Origin: Eledone cirrhosa
Lineage: Eukaryota
Length of the DNA: 64,000 nucleotides
Direction: 5' to 3'
NCBI GenBank assembly: GCA_964016885.1
Contig: OZ024746.1
Location: forward strand, 28,024,001 to 28,088,000
Position 1 is the stretch's first letter. Each line of letters starts with the position of its first letter. Positions 28,141-40,537 of the stretch are shown here, in pieces. The translations under genes and the position numbers were made by a program. The notes under the pieces are model-generated. The model saw only the letters and a list, made by a program, of their open reading frames with translations. It was not told where the DNA came from and did no database searches.

Positions 28141-30599
28141 ATGAATACGAAGGTATATGTGGACACATATACAATATGTTTATATATAATAAACATAGAT
28201 ATAATCAAATTGTGAGTATTTGATGTTGAGTTCAATATCACGCCTTCGTCCGTAGACGCTTACTTACTACGAGATGCTGCGATGATAAAACACAGCTACA
28301 TAAAAGACTATATATAGGTCTGTATAATCCTTTCTTCTGGACCATCGCTAATTAATATCTAATTAATATATAATGAAGGCAGTATATTAAATTAATAGAA
28401 GTTAATTGTTATCAAGATATTGAATTGGCAGAGTTGATAGAGCGTCGTACAAAAATATATTGTAAGTCTCGCCAACATTGACTTTGCTTATATTTCTTTA
28501 ATGATAACCATTTCAAAGGTAGGGGATTGTCAGAATATTAGGTAGTACATCGGATGGGATACTTTTTGGTATATGCCTCAGCCCCGAATATTGTCTCGCT
28601 CCTCTCTCTCTTTCCTCTATTTCTTTCTCTTTCTCTCTCTACGTATGTGTCAGTGTGTATTCGTCCTTGTACATGTATGCATGTGTGTTTAATCCGAAAC
28701 AATTATTTGACCCAGTGGAGTGATTAGCTCACCACTATTCTCTGCTATAGTTTAAATTAGAGCCAGAATTTAATTAACTCAATCCCCTCGCTGTTATTAA
28801 CATCAACAAATACAACAACTTATATCTCTCTATTGTTTCCATTAAATCTATTGACCGTTGTGTTTACCTGAATACAAATAAAACTTGTCCCATGGTACAC
28901 AAACATTCTGTCATGGAACTACTCGTGCACATAGTATAAATAATGTTATAACCTGCAAACTATTTTAGATTGGAATTTCTAGAATTAAGCAAATATTAGT
29001 CGTTAATGAATGCAGAAATGTTGCATTATTGCTGCATCATTGCATAATTAAATAAGAGAAGACGTAGAGGAAGTCGCCATGACAAAATCCTATGATGGAC
29101 GTATACGTCTTGTATGGTTTAGGTGATAAATACCAGGAAAGAAGCATACGGTGAGTCGAAACATTTACATCAGGAAGGAATCTAATTATTTAATAAATAC
29201 AAACCAATAAAATAACAGACTGAAATAATTATTAAAATCCCGAAACCAGGAGTGAATGCAAGCAGCGTAACAATTTACACTGTTGCTTTAAATTTCAGGG
29301 TATTTTAAATCAAAATGAAATGAAGTATTATGATGGTTGGTAAGCAATTCACCACTATCATACGGCGTGTAACATTACTCTAAAAAACTCCAGATATACC
29401 CACCCCATCAGATATATTCACCCCACTATTACTTTCTACATCCTCCAGTTATATCTATCACACATCATCACTAACCCCCACCCTACCATTATTCTGTAAA
29501 CCTTCTAGATATACCCACTCAACTCATCTCTAATACATAACCCCCCAGATATACCCACTCCTCTATTACGCTCTAAACCCTCGAGATATGCCCGCCACAC
29601 CTCATCTCTAGCACACAGACCGATATACCTACCCACCTTCTCGTATCATTCCTAGATTACTTGCCACTGCTTCATCTACTAGAAATAGCAACCAAATCAC
29701 CCTCATATAGCAACCTTCTATAATTTTAAAATTTATTTTGCTAAATCTGAAAGAATGTTAATTGCTACATCTGGAGAAAACGACTTTGCCATCAATACGT
29801 TTCCAGGAGACGATCAAATATTGTAAATGGTGAAGGTAAGGTTGACTGTAAATCACTGAACAAGCAATAAAACACGGAAATCTCGGTGGAAAATGTTAGA
29901 AAATAATCCTTTAATAAGCTTTACAGTAACTTAGTGATTCTTGCGAGTTTTCTAGAACTGCACGTGACTTTAGAACAAAAAAACTGGCAACGTTAGCAAA
30001 TAACACATACCTAGATATCAGAAGATGTAATGTCGTTTCTTGGTATTTCAGGATTTTCTTTTCCGATATTTTTATATACTTACGATAAGATTTGCTTTGT
30101 GTATTGAAGAGAGGTAGGAGATGTTTTTCTTTTATCTGTTTTTATAGAAAATGATTTTCCAGAAAAAGTCGATTAAGAATGTTGGATATCTTCCAAACCG
30201 TTAGCTAACAGTATGGAGTCGATCTACGAGAGATTTCTTTATTAAGTGCCTTTAACTTCTTGAATGTCGTGAAAAGAAAACAAAAAACAACAACGTGCCA
30301 TTTATGTGAAGAAAAAAAAGATGACTTTTTTAGTCCGTTATCTGGGTCTTGAAATATATGATGGAACAGAACTACCAGTAATTGCATTGGGGTGGTTACT
30401 CAACACCATTGTGCCATCTATAATAGAGGTGGTTATGGAGGGGGTGTTGGTGGTGGTAGTGCAGTTGGTGGTGGTTGTGGTGTAGTTAGTGTAGAGGGTG
30501 GCGGTGGTGGTGGTGGTCGTCGTCGTGTGACATTGGAATGATTACCAACTGCTAGAATCATACACACTTATTCATGTCTAAGAAGAGGTAACGTATGTA

Positions 30600-30690
<91 letters not shown>

Positions 30691-30694
<4 letters not shown>

Positions 30695-31075
30695 TAAATG
30701 GAAACTATATTTATAAAACCATATTTATTTCATTATATATATTTCAAGGATACCAAGTTACATTATGGTATGCCTTCATCAGTCAAAATACAATATAACA
30801 GTTTTATAAATAGCCTCCAAAAACAACGGTCAATTTTTAAAAGGGGTACGTCAATGTCTATTTATAAAACTGTTATACTGTATTTTGACTGATGAAGGCA
30901 TACCATAATGTAACTTGGTATCCTTGAAATATATATAATGAAATAAATATAGTATTATAAATATAGTTTCCATTTATTAATATCGTATATCTACTCCAAA
31001 TATTTGTCGAGTGCTTTATATCAGTTATAAAAATATTTGCTTGTTGTATCCCAACAATTTAAATAAAACTTTTGC
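30691..31075. mobile_element. Fold-back pLTR island with two head-to-head HHR copies (30726-30790 -, 30881-30945 +)
   Basis: Arms ~30691-30823 / 30858-30981; CTGATGA-AGGCATACCA...TGGTATCCTT-GAAA-T-ATAT-ATA; stem I is imperfect. Confidence 0.8.
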
Positions 31076-31098
31076 ATATATATATATATATATATATA

Positions 31099-34080
31099 AT
31101 GGAAAATTTGAACAGGAACAAAACAGATAGGCAGTACAACGAATGTTTATTAATTTCACGCTCTGGAGAGTGGGGTGCTGGTGGGGAACGACGTTTTGGG
31201 CATAAGCCCTTCTTCAGGTGAAAAGTGTGTGGGAAGAGAGTTCAAAGGGTGTGTAGGGGAGTGGTGGAGAGACATATAGCGAAAAGAGGGTGGGAGGAAA
31301 CGGTGCGAATGAAATTAAAAATAAAAGCATGATCAAAATAAAATAAAATTAAAATGGGGTAAAACAGGTGGTGGAATGGGGTGGGGGGTGTAGGGGTGGT
31401 GGCGGGTGGAGTGGGGAGAGGGAGACGGGGTGTCCGAGCGGGGAGGGCTGAAGGTGGTGTGTGTGTGTAGGTGTACGTGTGTGTGTGTGTGTGTATGTGA
31501 AAGCAAGGGTTGGGGGAAGAACAGGGTTGCATGTTCAGGAAGAGGTGTGTGTGGGGTGGGGTGTAGGTCGGAGTGTGTGTGCGTGTGTGGATAGAGGGGT
31601 GGAGGGAGAGGAATCCGGAGGCTGAAGGTGTAAATATATGGTGGAAAGCACGTGTGTGTGGGGTTTAAGCGTGTTGTGGGTGTAGGTGGCGTGTGGGAAA
31701 AAAAATTGTTTTGGGGTGTGTGTGTGAGTGAGTTATAAAGGTGATTCCGTAAGAAGATGTGGTTGAAAGGTTGGTAAACTCCTAGGATGGTAGTTGATTC
31801 CGCGGTCAAGCTCCACATACGAGTAATCCATGGAGAGATGGTCGGAAGAGGAGAGATGTGGGTTGCGCGAGCAACAGGAAGTGGTCAAGGCGGTAGGAGT
31901 GCTGTGTGTCTGTGTGTGCTGGGAGGTGGTCAGCGGGCATAGCAGCAGTCGGGTGGAATGGTAAAGGGGCGAGGATGGGTAGGTGTGAAAGTTGGAGTGA
32001 GGAGGGTGTGTGTGTATATTAGTAGAGGTGTTAGTGGGATGAGTGAGTGTGGAGAAAGGGTGTGGGTGAAGCGGGGAGAGAAGGGTGTGGGGGTCGATGG
32101 AGGGAGTGTGGTGTACTGGTGTGTGTGTAGTTTGATGAAGGGGGTGTTAGTGGGTGTTAGTATACGGGAGGTGGAGAAAGGGTTGAATGCAGGTGTGAGT
32201 GGGGGTTAGTGGTGGTAGGGTGTGTAGAGTTGGTGGTGTACGAGGGTGTGTGGGGTACGTGTGCGTGGGGTTGGGGGTGTTAGTGATGTTAGTTGCGTGT
32301 GGGGTGGGTGGTGTAAGTGGGTGCGTGTGTTCGTGTGCTTGGGGTCAGGGGGTGTTAGTGATGTTAGTTGCGGGGTGGTGGGATGGATGTGTGGGGGTGA
32401 GGGTTAGTGGTGGTAGTAGGGTGTGTGTTTAGTGTGAGCGCGTGTATATATGTGCCGGTGGGTGTATGCGTGTGATAAGGAGGGGGGAGAAGAAGGGAGG
32501 GATGTTAGTATGTTAGTTGGGGAAGGGTGGTCGGATGAGGGGTGAAGTGGAGGTGTTAGTATTGTTAGTTGTGGGGTGGGCAGTGAAAAGGAGGGGTCTG
32601 TTAGTGGTGTTAGTGGGGGATATGTGTGGGGGGAGGGGGGCGGTCGAAGGCTAAAGGAATAAGGGTGGGGCGTTCAGGCCGGGGGGAGTGTGGGTCTGTA
32701 AGATGAAGATGGTTCTTTGTTCAACTCTGAGGAGATTGGCGGGTGTTCCGTGGCATTGGAGTAGGCCACAGACTGTGAGATGGCGTGCGGAATGTCCAGG
32801 GACACCAAAGTGGCGGGCGATGGGGGAACTACCACCGAGACGAATATCCCGGAGGTGCTCAGTGAATCGGTCCGCCAGGCGACGTCCCGTCTGTCCGACG
32901 TAAGTCGCGCTGCACTCCGTGCAGCGAAGTCCGTAGACTAGGTTGGAGGAGGTGCAGCGGAAGGCATGTCGGACAGAGAGAGAGTGGCTGTTGGGACGAC
33001 CCTGGAAGGTGGTGGTGTTGGTGATGTGGGGACAGGTGTTGCAGCGGGGCCTAGAACAGGGGAAGGAACCGGGGGGGGGGAAGAGCGTGGGTTGGGGGGT
33101 AGGGAGCTGTGGACGAGGAGGGTGCGGAGATTGCGTGCGCGTTTGAAGGAGAGGAGTGGTGGGGTTGGGAAGATGTGGGAGGTGGAGGGGTCGGACTGGA
33201 GGCGTCGGAAGAGGCGGCGGATGGTGCGGTGGAGGGGTAAGGTGGAGGGGTAAGGTGGCGGGGTGGTAGGTGATGGGGAAGGGGAGACGGTGGGTGGGTG
33301 TGCGGTGGCGTGGGGTGAGGGTGGTGGAGCGGTGGACAGCACGGGCGCGGGTGAGAGGGGTGTGGACGAGAGAAGGGGGTAACCTCTGCGGATGAAATGG
33401 CTGACTAGGGAAAGGGCCTGGGACTCGAAGTCAGCATCTCGGCTACAGAGGCGGCGGATCCTGAGGAGTTGGGAGTAGGGAATAGAGTGTTTAGTGTGTG
33501 TGGGGTGGGAAGAGGTGAAGTCGAGGTAAGAGTGGGAGTCGGTGGGTTTGAAGAAGGCGGAGGTGACGAGGGAGTGGTGGGAGGGTTCGAAGGCGACGGA
33601 GATGTCTAAGAAGTGGACGTGGGTGGTGGAGATAGAGGTGGTGAAGTGGAGGGAGGGGTGGAAGGAGCAGAAGAAGGAGAGAAAGGAGTCGATCTGTTCT
33701 CGGGTGAGGGTCGTGGCTCCGATACAGTCGTCGATGTAACGACCGTACAGTTCGGGCGTGGGGCCGGTGTACTGGGCAAAGATTTGGGCCTCAACATGGC
33801 CAACAAAAAGGTTGGCATAGTTTGGGCCCATTCTTGTACCCATGGCTACCCCCGTGACCTGTTGGTAAAACTCACCCGAGAAGGAGAAACAATTGAGGGT
33901 GAGGACCAGCTCGGCGAGGCGAAGGAGGGTGGGGGTGGAGGAAATGGGGGAGGGGAGAAGGTCGAGGTAGTGTTTGAGGGCGCTTAGGCCGTCGGCGTGG
34001 GGGATGACGGTATAGAGGAACTTGATGTCTAGGGTGAAGAGGAAGGGCTGTGGGCCGGGTGGGTAGGTGAAGGAGTTACC
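31099..34080 (-). mobile_element. 5'-truncated GC-rich Penelope-like element (Neptune-like)
   Basis: RT + GIY-YIG, ~1.5-kb C/A-rich 3' UTR, HHR remnant CTGAAGA-AGGGC-TTAT-GCCC-AAAACGTC (31190-31217, G12 mutated), 3' end at (TA)n. Confidence 0.92.
32651..34075 (-). pseudogene. Frameshifted PLE RT/GIY-YIG polyprotein
   Basis: LFTLDIKFLYTVIPH, GVAMGTRMGPNYANLFVG, YGRYIDD, KPTDSHSYL; a shifted frame gives FRCTSSNLVYGLRCTECSATYVGQTGRRLADRFTEH...EQRTIFILQTHTPPGLN with a stop at 32651-32653. Confidence 0.92.
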
Positions 34081-34084
34081 TTTG

Positions 34085-34250
34085 TCGTAATTTCGAACGT
34101 CAACTAGATGGGAGACAAACCACAACAGAAACACAAACCTTCCATCTCAATTTTACTTTAGAAAATCATAAGAAGTGGGAAACTTTAGAAGTAAATAAAT
34201 ATTATTAATCAGACACCAGCTGCATTTTCAATTTCTTTTCCTTATATATA
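34085..34250 (+). mobile_element. Diverged fragment of the 49500 pLTR-like family
   Basis: CCTTCCATCTCAATTTTACTTTAGAAAA...CCAGCTGCATTTTCAATTTC aligns with 49648-49765. Confidence 0.55.
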
Positions 34251-34263
34251 TATATAAGGAAAA

Positions 34264-34342
<79 letters not shown>

Positions 34343-34382
34343 TATATATATATTTATATATATAAGCATATATGTGTGTATT

Positions 34383-34419
<37 letters not shown>

Positions 34420-34576
34420 TGGAATAAATGCTCTGAAATAGCGATATATATGTGAATATAGACATAGAATATTCGAAAATATTCTGTATGTTTATAATAA
34501 ACATTTTGAAGACCTAATCGCTATAGAATAGAATACGTCACGTATTACAATTAGATTCTCGATAAAAGCAAGGGAA

Positions 34577-34619
34577 GTAATCTACGCGTTTCATTCTCGT
34601 TAGAAATCATCAGGACTAC
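34577..34619 (-). ncRNA. Minimal type I hammerhead ribozyme (first of 9 minus-strand copies at 310-bp spacing, last at 37057-37099)
   Basis: Exact reverse complement of the 37277-37319 motif (+ strand reads GTAATCTACGCGTTTCATTCTCGTTAGAAATCATCAGGACTAC). Confidence 0.92.
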
Positions 34620-37276
34620 ATATCCAGTGCTTTTATCGAGAATGACACAGCTAGAGACTTATAGAATACTTAGCTGTGTACAGGAACTGGTTTGAAAGAG
34701 CGGTTGCCGGTCCGGCAGAAATTAGAAATTGGAATAAATGCTCTGAAATAGCGATATATATGTGAATATAGACATAGAATATTCGAAAATATTCTGTATG
34801 TTTATAATAAACATTTTGAAGACCTAATCGCTATAGAATAGAATACGTCACGTATTACAATTAGATTCTCGATAAAAGCAAGGGAAGTAATCTACGCGTT
34901 TCATTCTCGTTAGAAATCATCAGGACTACATATCCAGTGCTTTTATCGAGAATGACACAGCTAGAGACTTATAGAATACTTAGCTGTGTACAGGAACTGG
35001 TTTGAAAGAGCGGTTGCCGGTCCGGCAGAAATTAGAAATTGGAATAAATGCTCTGAAATAGCGATATATATGTGAATATAGACATAGAATATTCGAAAAT
35101 ATTCTGTATGTTTATAATAAACATTTTGAAGACCTAATCGCTATAGAATAGAATACGTCACGTATTACAATTAGATTCTCGATAAAAGCAAGGGAAGTAA
35201 TCTACGCGTTTCATTCTCGTTAGAAATCATCAGGACTACATATCCAGTGCTTTTATCGAGAATGACACAGCTAGAGACTTATAGAATACTTAGCTGTGTA
35301 CAGGAACTGGTTTGAAAGAGCGGTTGCCGGTCCGGCAGAAATTAGAAATTGGAATAAATGCTCTGAAATAGCGATATATATGTGAATATAGACATAGAAT
35401 ATTCGAAAATATTCTGTATGTTTATAATAAACATTTTGAAGACCTAATCGCTATAGAATAGAATACGTCACGTATTACAATTAGATTCTCGATAAAAGCA
35501 AGGGAAGTAATCTACGCGTTTCATTCTCGTTAGAAATCATCAGGACTACATATCCAGTGCTTTTATCGAGAATGACACAGCTAGAGACTTATAGAATACT
35601 TAGCTGTGTACAGGAACTGGTTTGAAAGAGCGGTTGCCGGTCCGGCAGAAATTAGAAATTGGAATAAATGCTCTGAAATAGCGATATATATGTGAATATA
35701 GACATAGAATATTCGAAAATATTCTGTATGTTTATAATAAACATTTTGAAGACCTAATCGCTATAGAATAGAATACGTCACGTATTACAATTAGATTCTC
35801 GATAAAAGCAAGGGAAGTAATCTACGCGTTTCATTCTCGTTAGAAATCATCAGGACTACATATCCAGTGCTTTTATCGAGAATGACACAGCTAGAGACTT
35901 ATAGAATACTTAGCTGTGTACAGGAACTGGTTTGAAAGAGCGGTTGCCGGTCCGGCAGAAATTAGAAATTGGAATAAATGCTCTGAAATAGCGATATATA
36001 TGTGAATATAGACATAGAATATTCGAAAATATTCTGTATGTTTATAATAAACATTTTGAAGACCTAATCGCTATAGAATAGAATACGTCACGTATTACAA
36101 TTAGATTCTCGATAAAAGCAAGGGAAGTAATCTACGCGTTTCATTCTCGTTAGAAATCATCAGGACTACATATCCAGTGCTTTTATCGAGAATGACACAG
36201 CTAGAGACTTATAGAATACTTAGCTGTGTACAGGAACTGGTTTGAAAGAGCGGTTGCCGGTCCGGCAGAAATTAGAAATTGGAATAAATGCTCTGAAATA
36301 GCGATATATATGTGAATATAGACATAGAATATTCGAAAATATTCTGTATGTTTATAATAAACATTTTGAAGACCTAATCGCTATAGAATAGAATACGTCA
36401 CGTATTACAATTAGATTCTCGATAAAAGCAAGGGAAGTAATCTACGCGTTTCATTCTCGTTAGAAATCATCAGGACTACATATCCAGTGCTTTTATCGAG
36501 AATGACACAGCTAGAGACTTATAGAATACTTAGCTGTGTACAGGAACTGGTTTGAAAGAGCGGTTGCCGGTCCGGCAGAAATTAGAAATTGGAATAAATG
36601 CTCTGAAATAGCGATATATATGTGAATATAGACATAGAATATTCGAAAATATTCTGTATGTTTATAATAAACATTTTGAAGACCTAATCGCTATAGAATA
36701 GAATACGTCACGTATTACAATTAGATTCTCGATAAAAGCAAGGGAAGTAATCTACGCGTTTCATTCTCGTTAGAAATCATCAGGACTACATATCCAGTGC
36801 TTTTATCGAGAATGACACAGCTAGAGACTTATAGAATACTTAGCTGTGTACAGGAACTGGTTTGAAAGAGCGGTTGCCGGTCCGGCAGAAATTAGAAATT
36901 GGAATAAATGCTCTGAAATAGCGATATATATGTGAATATAGACATAGAATATTCGAAAATATTCTGTATGTTTATAATAAACATTTTGAAGACCTAATCG
37001 CTATAGAATAGAATACGTCACGTATTACAATTAGATTCTCGATAAAAGCAAGGGAAGTAATCTACGCGTTTCATTCTCGTTAGAAATCATCAGGACTACA
37101 TATCCAGTGCTTTTATCGAGAATGACACAGCTAGAGACTTATAGAATACTTAGCTGTGTACAGGAACTGGTTTGAAAGAGCGGTTGCCGGTCCGGCAGAA
37201 ATTAGAAATTGGAATAAATGCTCTGAAATAGCGATATATATGTGAATATATCATTCTCGATAAAAGCACTGGATAT

Positions 37277-37319
37277 GTAGTCCTGATGATTTCTAACGAG
37301 AATGAAACGCGTAGATTAC
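37277..37319 (+). ncRNA. Minimal type I hammerhead ribozyme (repeated at 37587, 37897, 38207, 38517)
   Basis: GTAGTC-CTGATGA-T-TTCT-AACG-AGAA-T-GAAA-C-GC-GTA/GATTAC: stem I GUAGUC:GAUUAC, stem II UUCU:AGAA, palindromic minimal stem III (ACGCGT), GUA cleavage after 37313. Confidence 0.92.
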
Positions 37320-38677
37320 TTCCCTTGCTTTTATCGAGAATCTAATTGTAATACGTGACGTATTCTATTCTATAGCGATTAGGTCTTCAAAATGTTTATT
37401 ATAAACATACAGAATATTTTCGAATATTCTATGTCTATATTCACATATATATCGCTATTTCAGAGCATTTATTCCAATTTCTAATTTCTGCCGGACCGGC
37501 AACCGCTCTTTCAAACCAGTTCCTGTACACAGCTAAGTATTCTATAAGTCTCTAGCTGTGTCATTCTCGATAAAAGCACTGGATATGTAGTCCTGATGAT
37601 TTCTAACGAGAATGAAACGCGTAGATTACTTCCCTTGCTTTTATCGAGAATCTAATTGTAATACGTGACGTATTCTATTCTATAGCGATTAGGTCTTCAA
37701 AATGTTTATTATAAACATACAGAATATTTTCGAATATTCTATGTCTATATTCACATATATATCGCTATTTCAGAGCATTTATTCCAATTTCTAATTTCTG
37801 CCGGACCGGCAACCGCTCTTTCAAACCAGTTCCTGTACACAGCTAAGTATTCTATAAGTCTCTAGCTGTGTCATTCTCGATAAAAGCACTGGATATGTAG
37901 TCCTGATGATTTCTAACGAGAATGAAACGCGTAGATTACTTCCCTTGCTTTTATCGAGAATCTAATTGTAATACGTGACGTATTCTATTCTATAGCGATT
38001 AGGTCTTCAAAATGTTTATTATAAACATACAGAATATTTTCGAATATTCTATGTCTATATTCACATATATATCGCTATTTCAGAGCATTTATTCCAATTT
38101 CTAATTTCTGCCGGACCGGCAACCGCTCTTTCAAACCAGTTCCTGTACACAGCTAAGTATTCTATAAGTCTCTAGCTGTGTCATTCTCGATAAAAGCACT
38201 GGATATGTAGTCCTGATGATTTCTAACGAGAATGAAACGCGTAGATTACTTCCCTTGCTTTTATCGAGAATCTAATTGTAATACGTGACGTATTCTATTC
38301 TATAGCGATTAGGTCTTCAAAATGTTTATTATAAACATACAGAATATTTTCGAATATTCTATGTCTATATTCACATATATATCGCTATTTCAGAGCATTT
38401 ATTCCAATTTCTAATTTCTGCCGGACCGGCAACCGCTCTTTCAAACCAGTTCCTGTACACAGCTAAGTATTCTATAAGTCTCTAGCTGTGTCATTCTCGA
38501 TAAAAGCACTGGATATGTAGTCCTGATGATTTCTAACGAGAATGAAACGCGTAGATTACTTCCCTTGCTTTTATCGAGAATCTAATTGTAATACGTGACG
38601 TATTCTATTCTATAGCGATTAGGTCTTCAAAATGTTTATTATAAACATACAGAATATTTTCGAATATTCTATGTCTA

Positions 38678-38718
<41 letters not shown>

Positions 38719-38801
38719 ACCATGTTAAAGTGTCAAAACATATTTAATATGTATGATACCCATATTTCTTCATTATAACACAAGCAGTTTTTCCTGGGTG
38801 T

Positions 38802-39125
38802 TTAACCCTTTCATTACCATATTTCTAATGAAAAACACAGACTATGTGTGTAACTCTTTAGTTACCATATTTCTAATGAAAGGCACTGCCTATGTCATAA
38901 CACCTTTCATTACAATAGTCTAATGAACAACTCTGCCTATGTCATTAACCCTTTCATTACAATATTTCTAATGGAAGACTCTACTTATGTCATTAACCCT
39001 CTCACTACTATATTTCTAATGAAAGATACTACCTATGATTTTTAATTAATTTTGGAAATAAACAGGAATTTGGGTGGATTTAGTAATATAACTTAATTTC
39101 CCATTATTAAGATAGTGCTCAGGGC
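38802..39125 (+). mobile_element. TTAACCC-terminated MITE-like end preceded by ~48-bp tandem reiterations of its terminus
   Basis: TTAACCCTTTCATTACCATATTTCTAATGAAA variants about 5 times; TTAA+CCC is piggyBac-like; reverse copies at 56340-56446 and 57900-58202. Confidence 0.55.
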
Positions 39126-39420
39126 ATAACTTTTATACATACACAAACACAGTCTCACACATACACACACACATACATATATATATAAACAACATACATA
39201 CATACGCAGATACGTACATGTGCTTCTGTGTATGGAAGTATGTAGGTAGTTATTGGCATTCTCCCAGTTTTCTCCTATGTAACTTATGATTAATTATTTC
39301 AAGATAAAATCTTGACAGTTCGACAAAACTAAACTGCAGTTCCTTGGCGTTTATTAATCCAAGTTTCTGGCATTCGTTATATAGTTACTGTATATTGCAG
39401 TATGTATGTATATATGTATA

Positions 39421-39507
<87 letters not shown>

Positions 39508-39997
39508 CAATGTAACGTTGTGTATATATAGTTAATGTATATATACCATGTGTTGTAGAGTTAGTATATACAATTTGTTTTCATTTAAATGTGTTAAAAC
39601 TTGAATTATATATTTATATACATATATATATATATATATACTGAAAGAGAGTTGGGGAGAGATTATGTAAAACATGTGAGCCATATAGTCATGCTGAGAC
39701 CATTTCGTTGGTAAAATAAAATGTCCAAGTTACTAACGATACGGTGTAAACTTGATAGGCGGTCTGACATGTTTAAACAGTCTCTAGTTTCTTTAATGTG
39801 TGCTGCACTGATTTGAATAATCGTTTTACTACTCTTTAACGCCTGACAACCTTTTACTCATACTCACACACGCACACACGCACACACGCACACACACACG
39901 CGCATACACACACACGACCCCCCCCCCCCCCCCGCATATATATATATAGAGAGAGAGAGAGGGATTAGGATTTTACTAGTTTTATATATATATATAC

Positions 39998-40053
<56 letters not shown>

Positions 40054-40122
40054 ACATACATATATATATATGTATATGTATATATATATATGTATATATA
40101 TATACATATATATATATATATG

Positions 40123-40154
<32 letters not shown>

Positions 40155-40203
40155 TATAAAACTAGTAAAATCCTAATCCCAATAGTTTTATATATATATA
40201 TAC

Positions 40204-40292
<89 letters not shown>

Positions 40293-40294
<2 letters not shown>

Positions 40295-40471
40295 GGAACG
40301 AGTAGGACCCCGACGGCTGAGCTCAAGCCATTTCGACGGCTAATTCTGGACTAAAATTTTAGTCCAGAATTAGCCGTCGAAACGGCTTGTTCCTATTACC
40401 CACTCTACTACCCTAAGTATTGAGTACTTTGGTGTGTTATCGTCCACCTGGTTCCTTACCACATTTCCTTC

Positions 40472-40474
<3 letters not shown>
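40293..40474. mobile_element. pLTR-like family A fold-back island
   Basis: AAGCCATTTCGACGGCTAATTCTGGACTAAAA-TTTTAGTCCAGAATTAGCCGTCGAAACGGCTT palindrome, then the family 3' end, in (TA)n. Confidence 0.8.

Positions 40475-40537
<63 letters not shown>

Larger units (their letters stand above)
34421..38681. mobile_element. Retrozyme-like tandem array of 310-bp hammerhead-containing monomers: 9 copies + 40 nt with HHR on - strand (34421-37250), then about 4.6 inverted copies with HHR on + strand (37251-38681)
   Basis: GGAATAAATG recurs at 34421, 34731, 35041 ... 37211 (period 310); TCATTCTCGA recurs at 37251, 37561, 37871, 38181, 38491. Each monomer has one type I HHR and the ORF track lists no ORF here. 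Both outer ends abut (TA)n. Confidence 0.88.

Noticed and set aside
32688-33987. Plus-strand G/E/R-rich ORFs
   Set aside because: Antisense shadows of the minus-strand PLE ORF.
34620-34682. Opposite-polarity hammerhead in the 310-mer (CCAGTGC...GAGAAT-GACAC-AGCTA...TAGCT-GTG)
   Set aside because: Core does not match CUGANGA/GAAA/NUH; at most a decayed relic, so an ambisense viroid-like element is not supported.
34421-38681. CRISPR array or plain satellite
   Set aside because: No repeat-spacer alternation and no cas genes; whole 310-bp units repeat and each holds a structured ribozyme.
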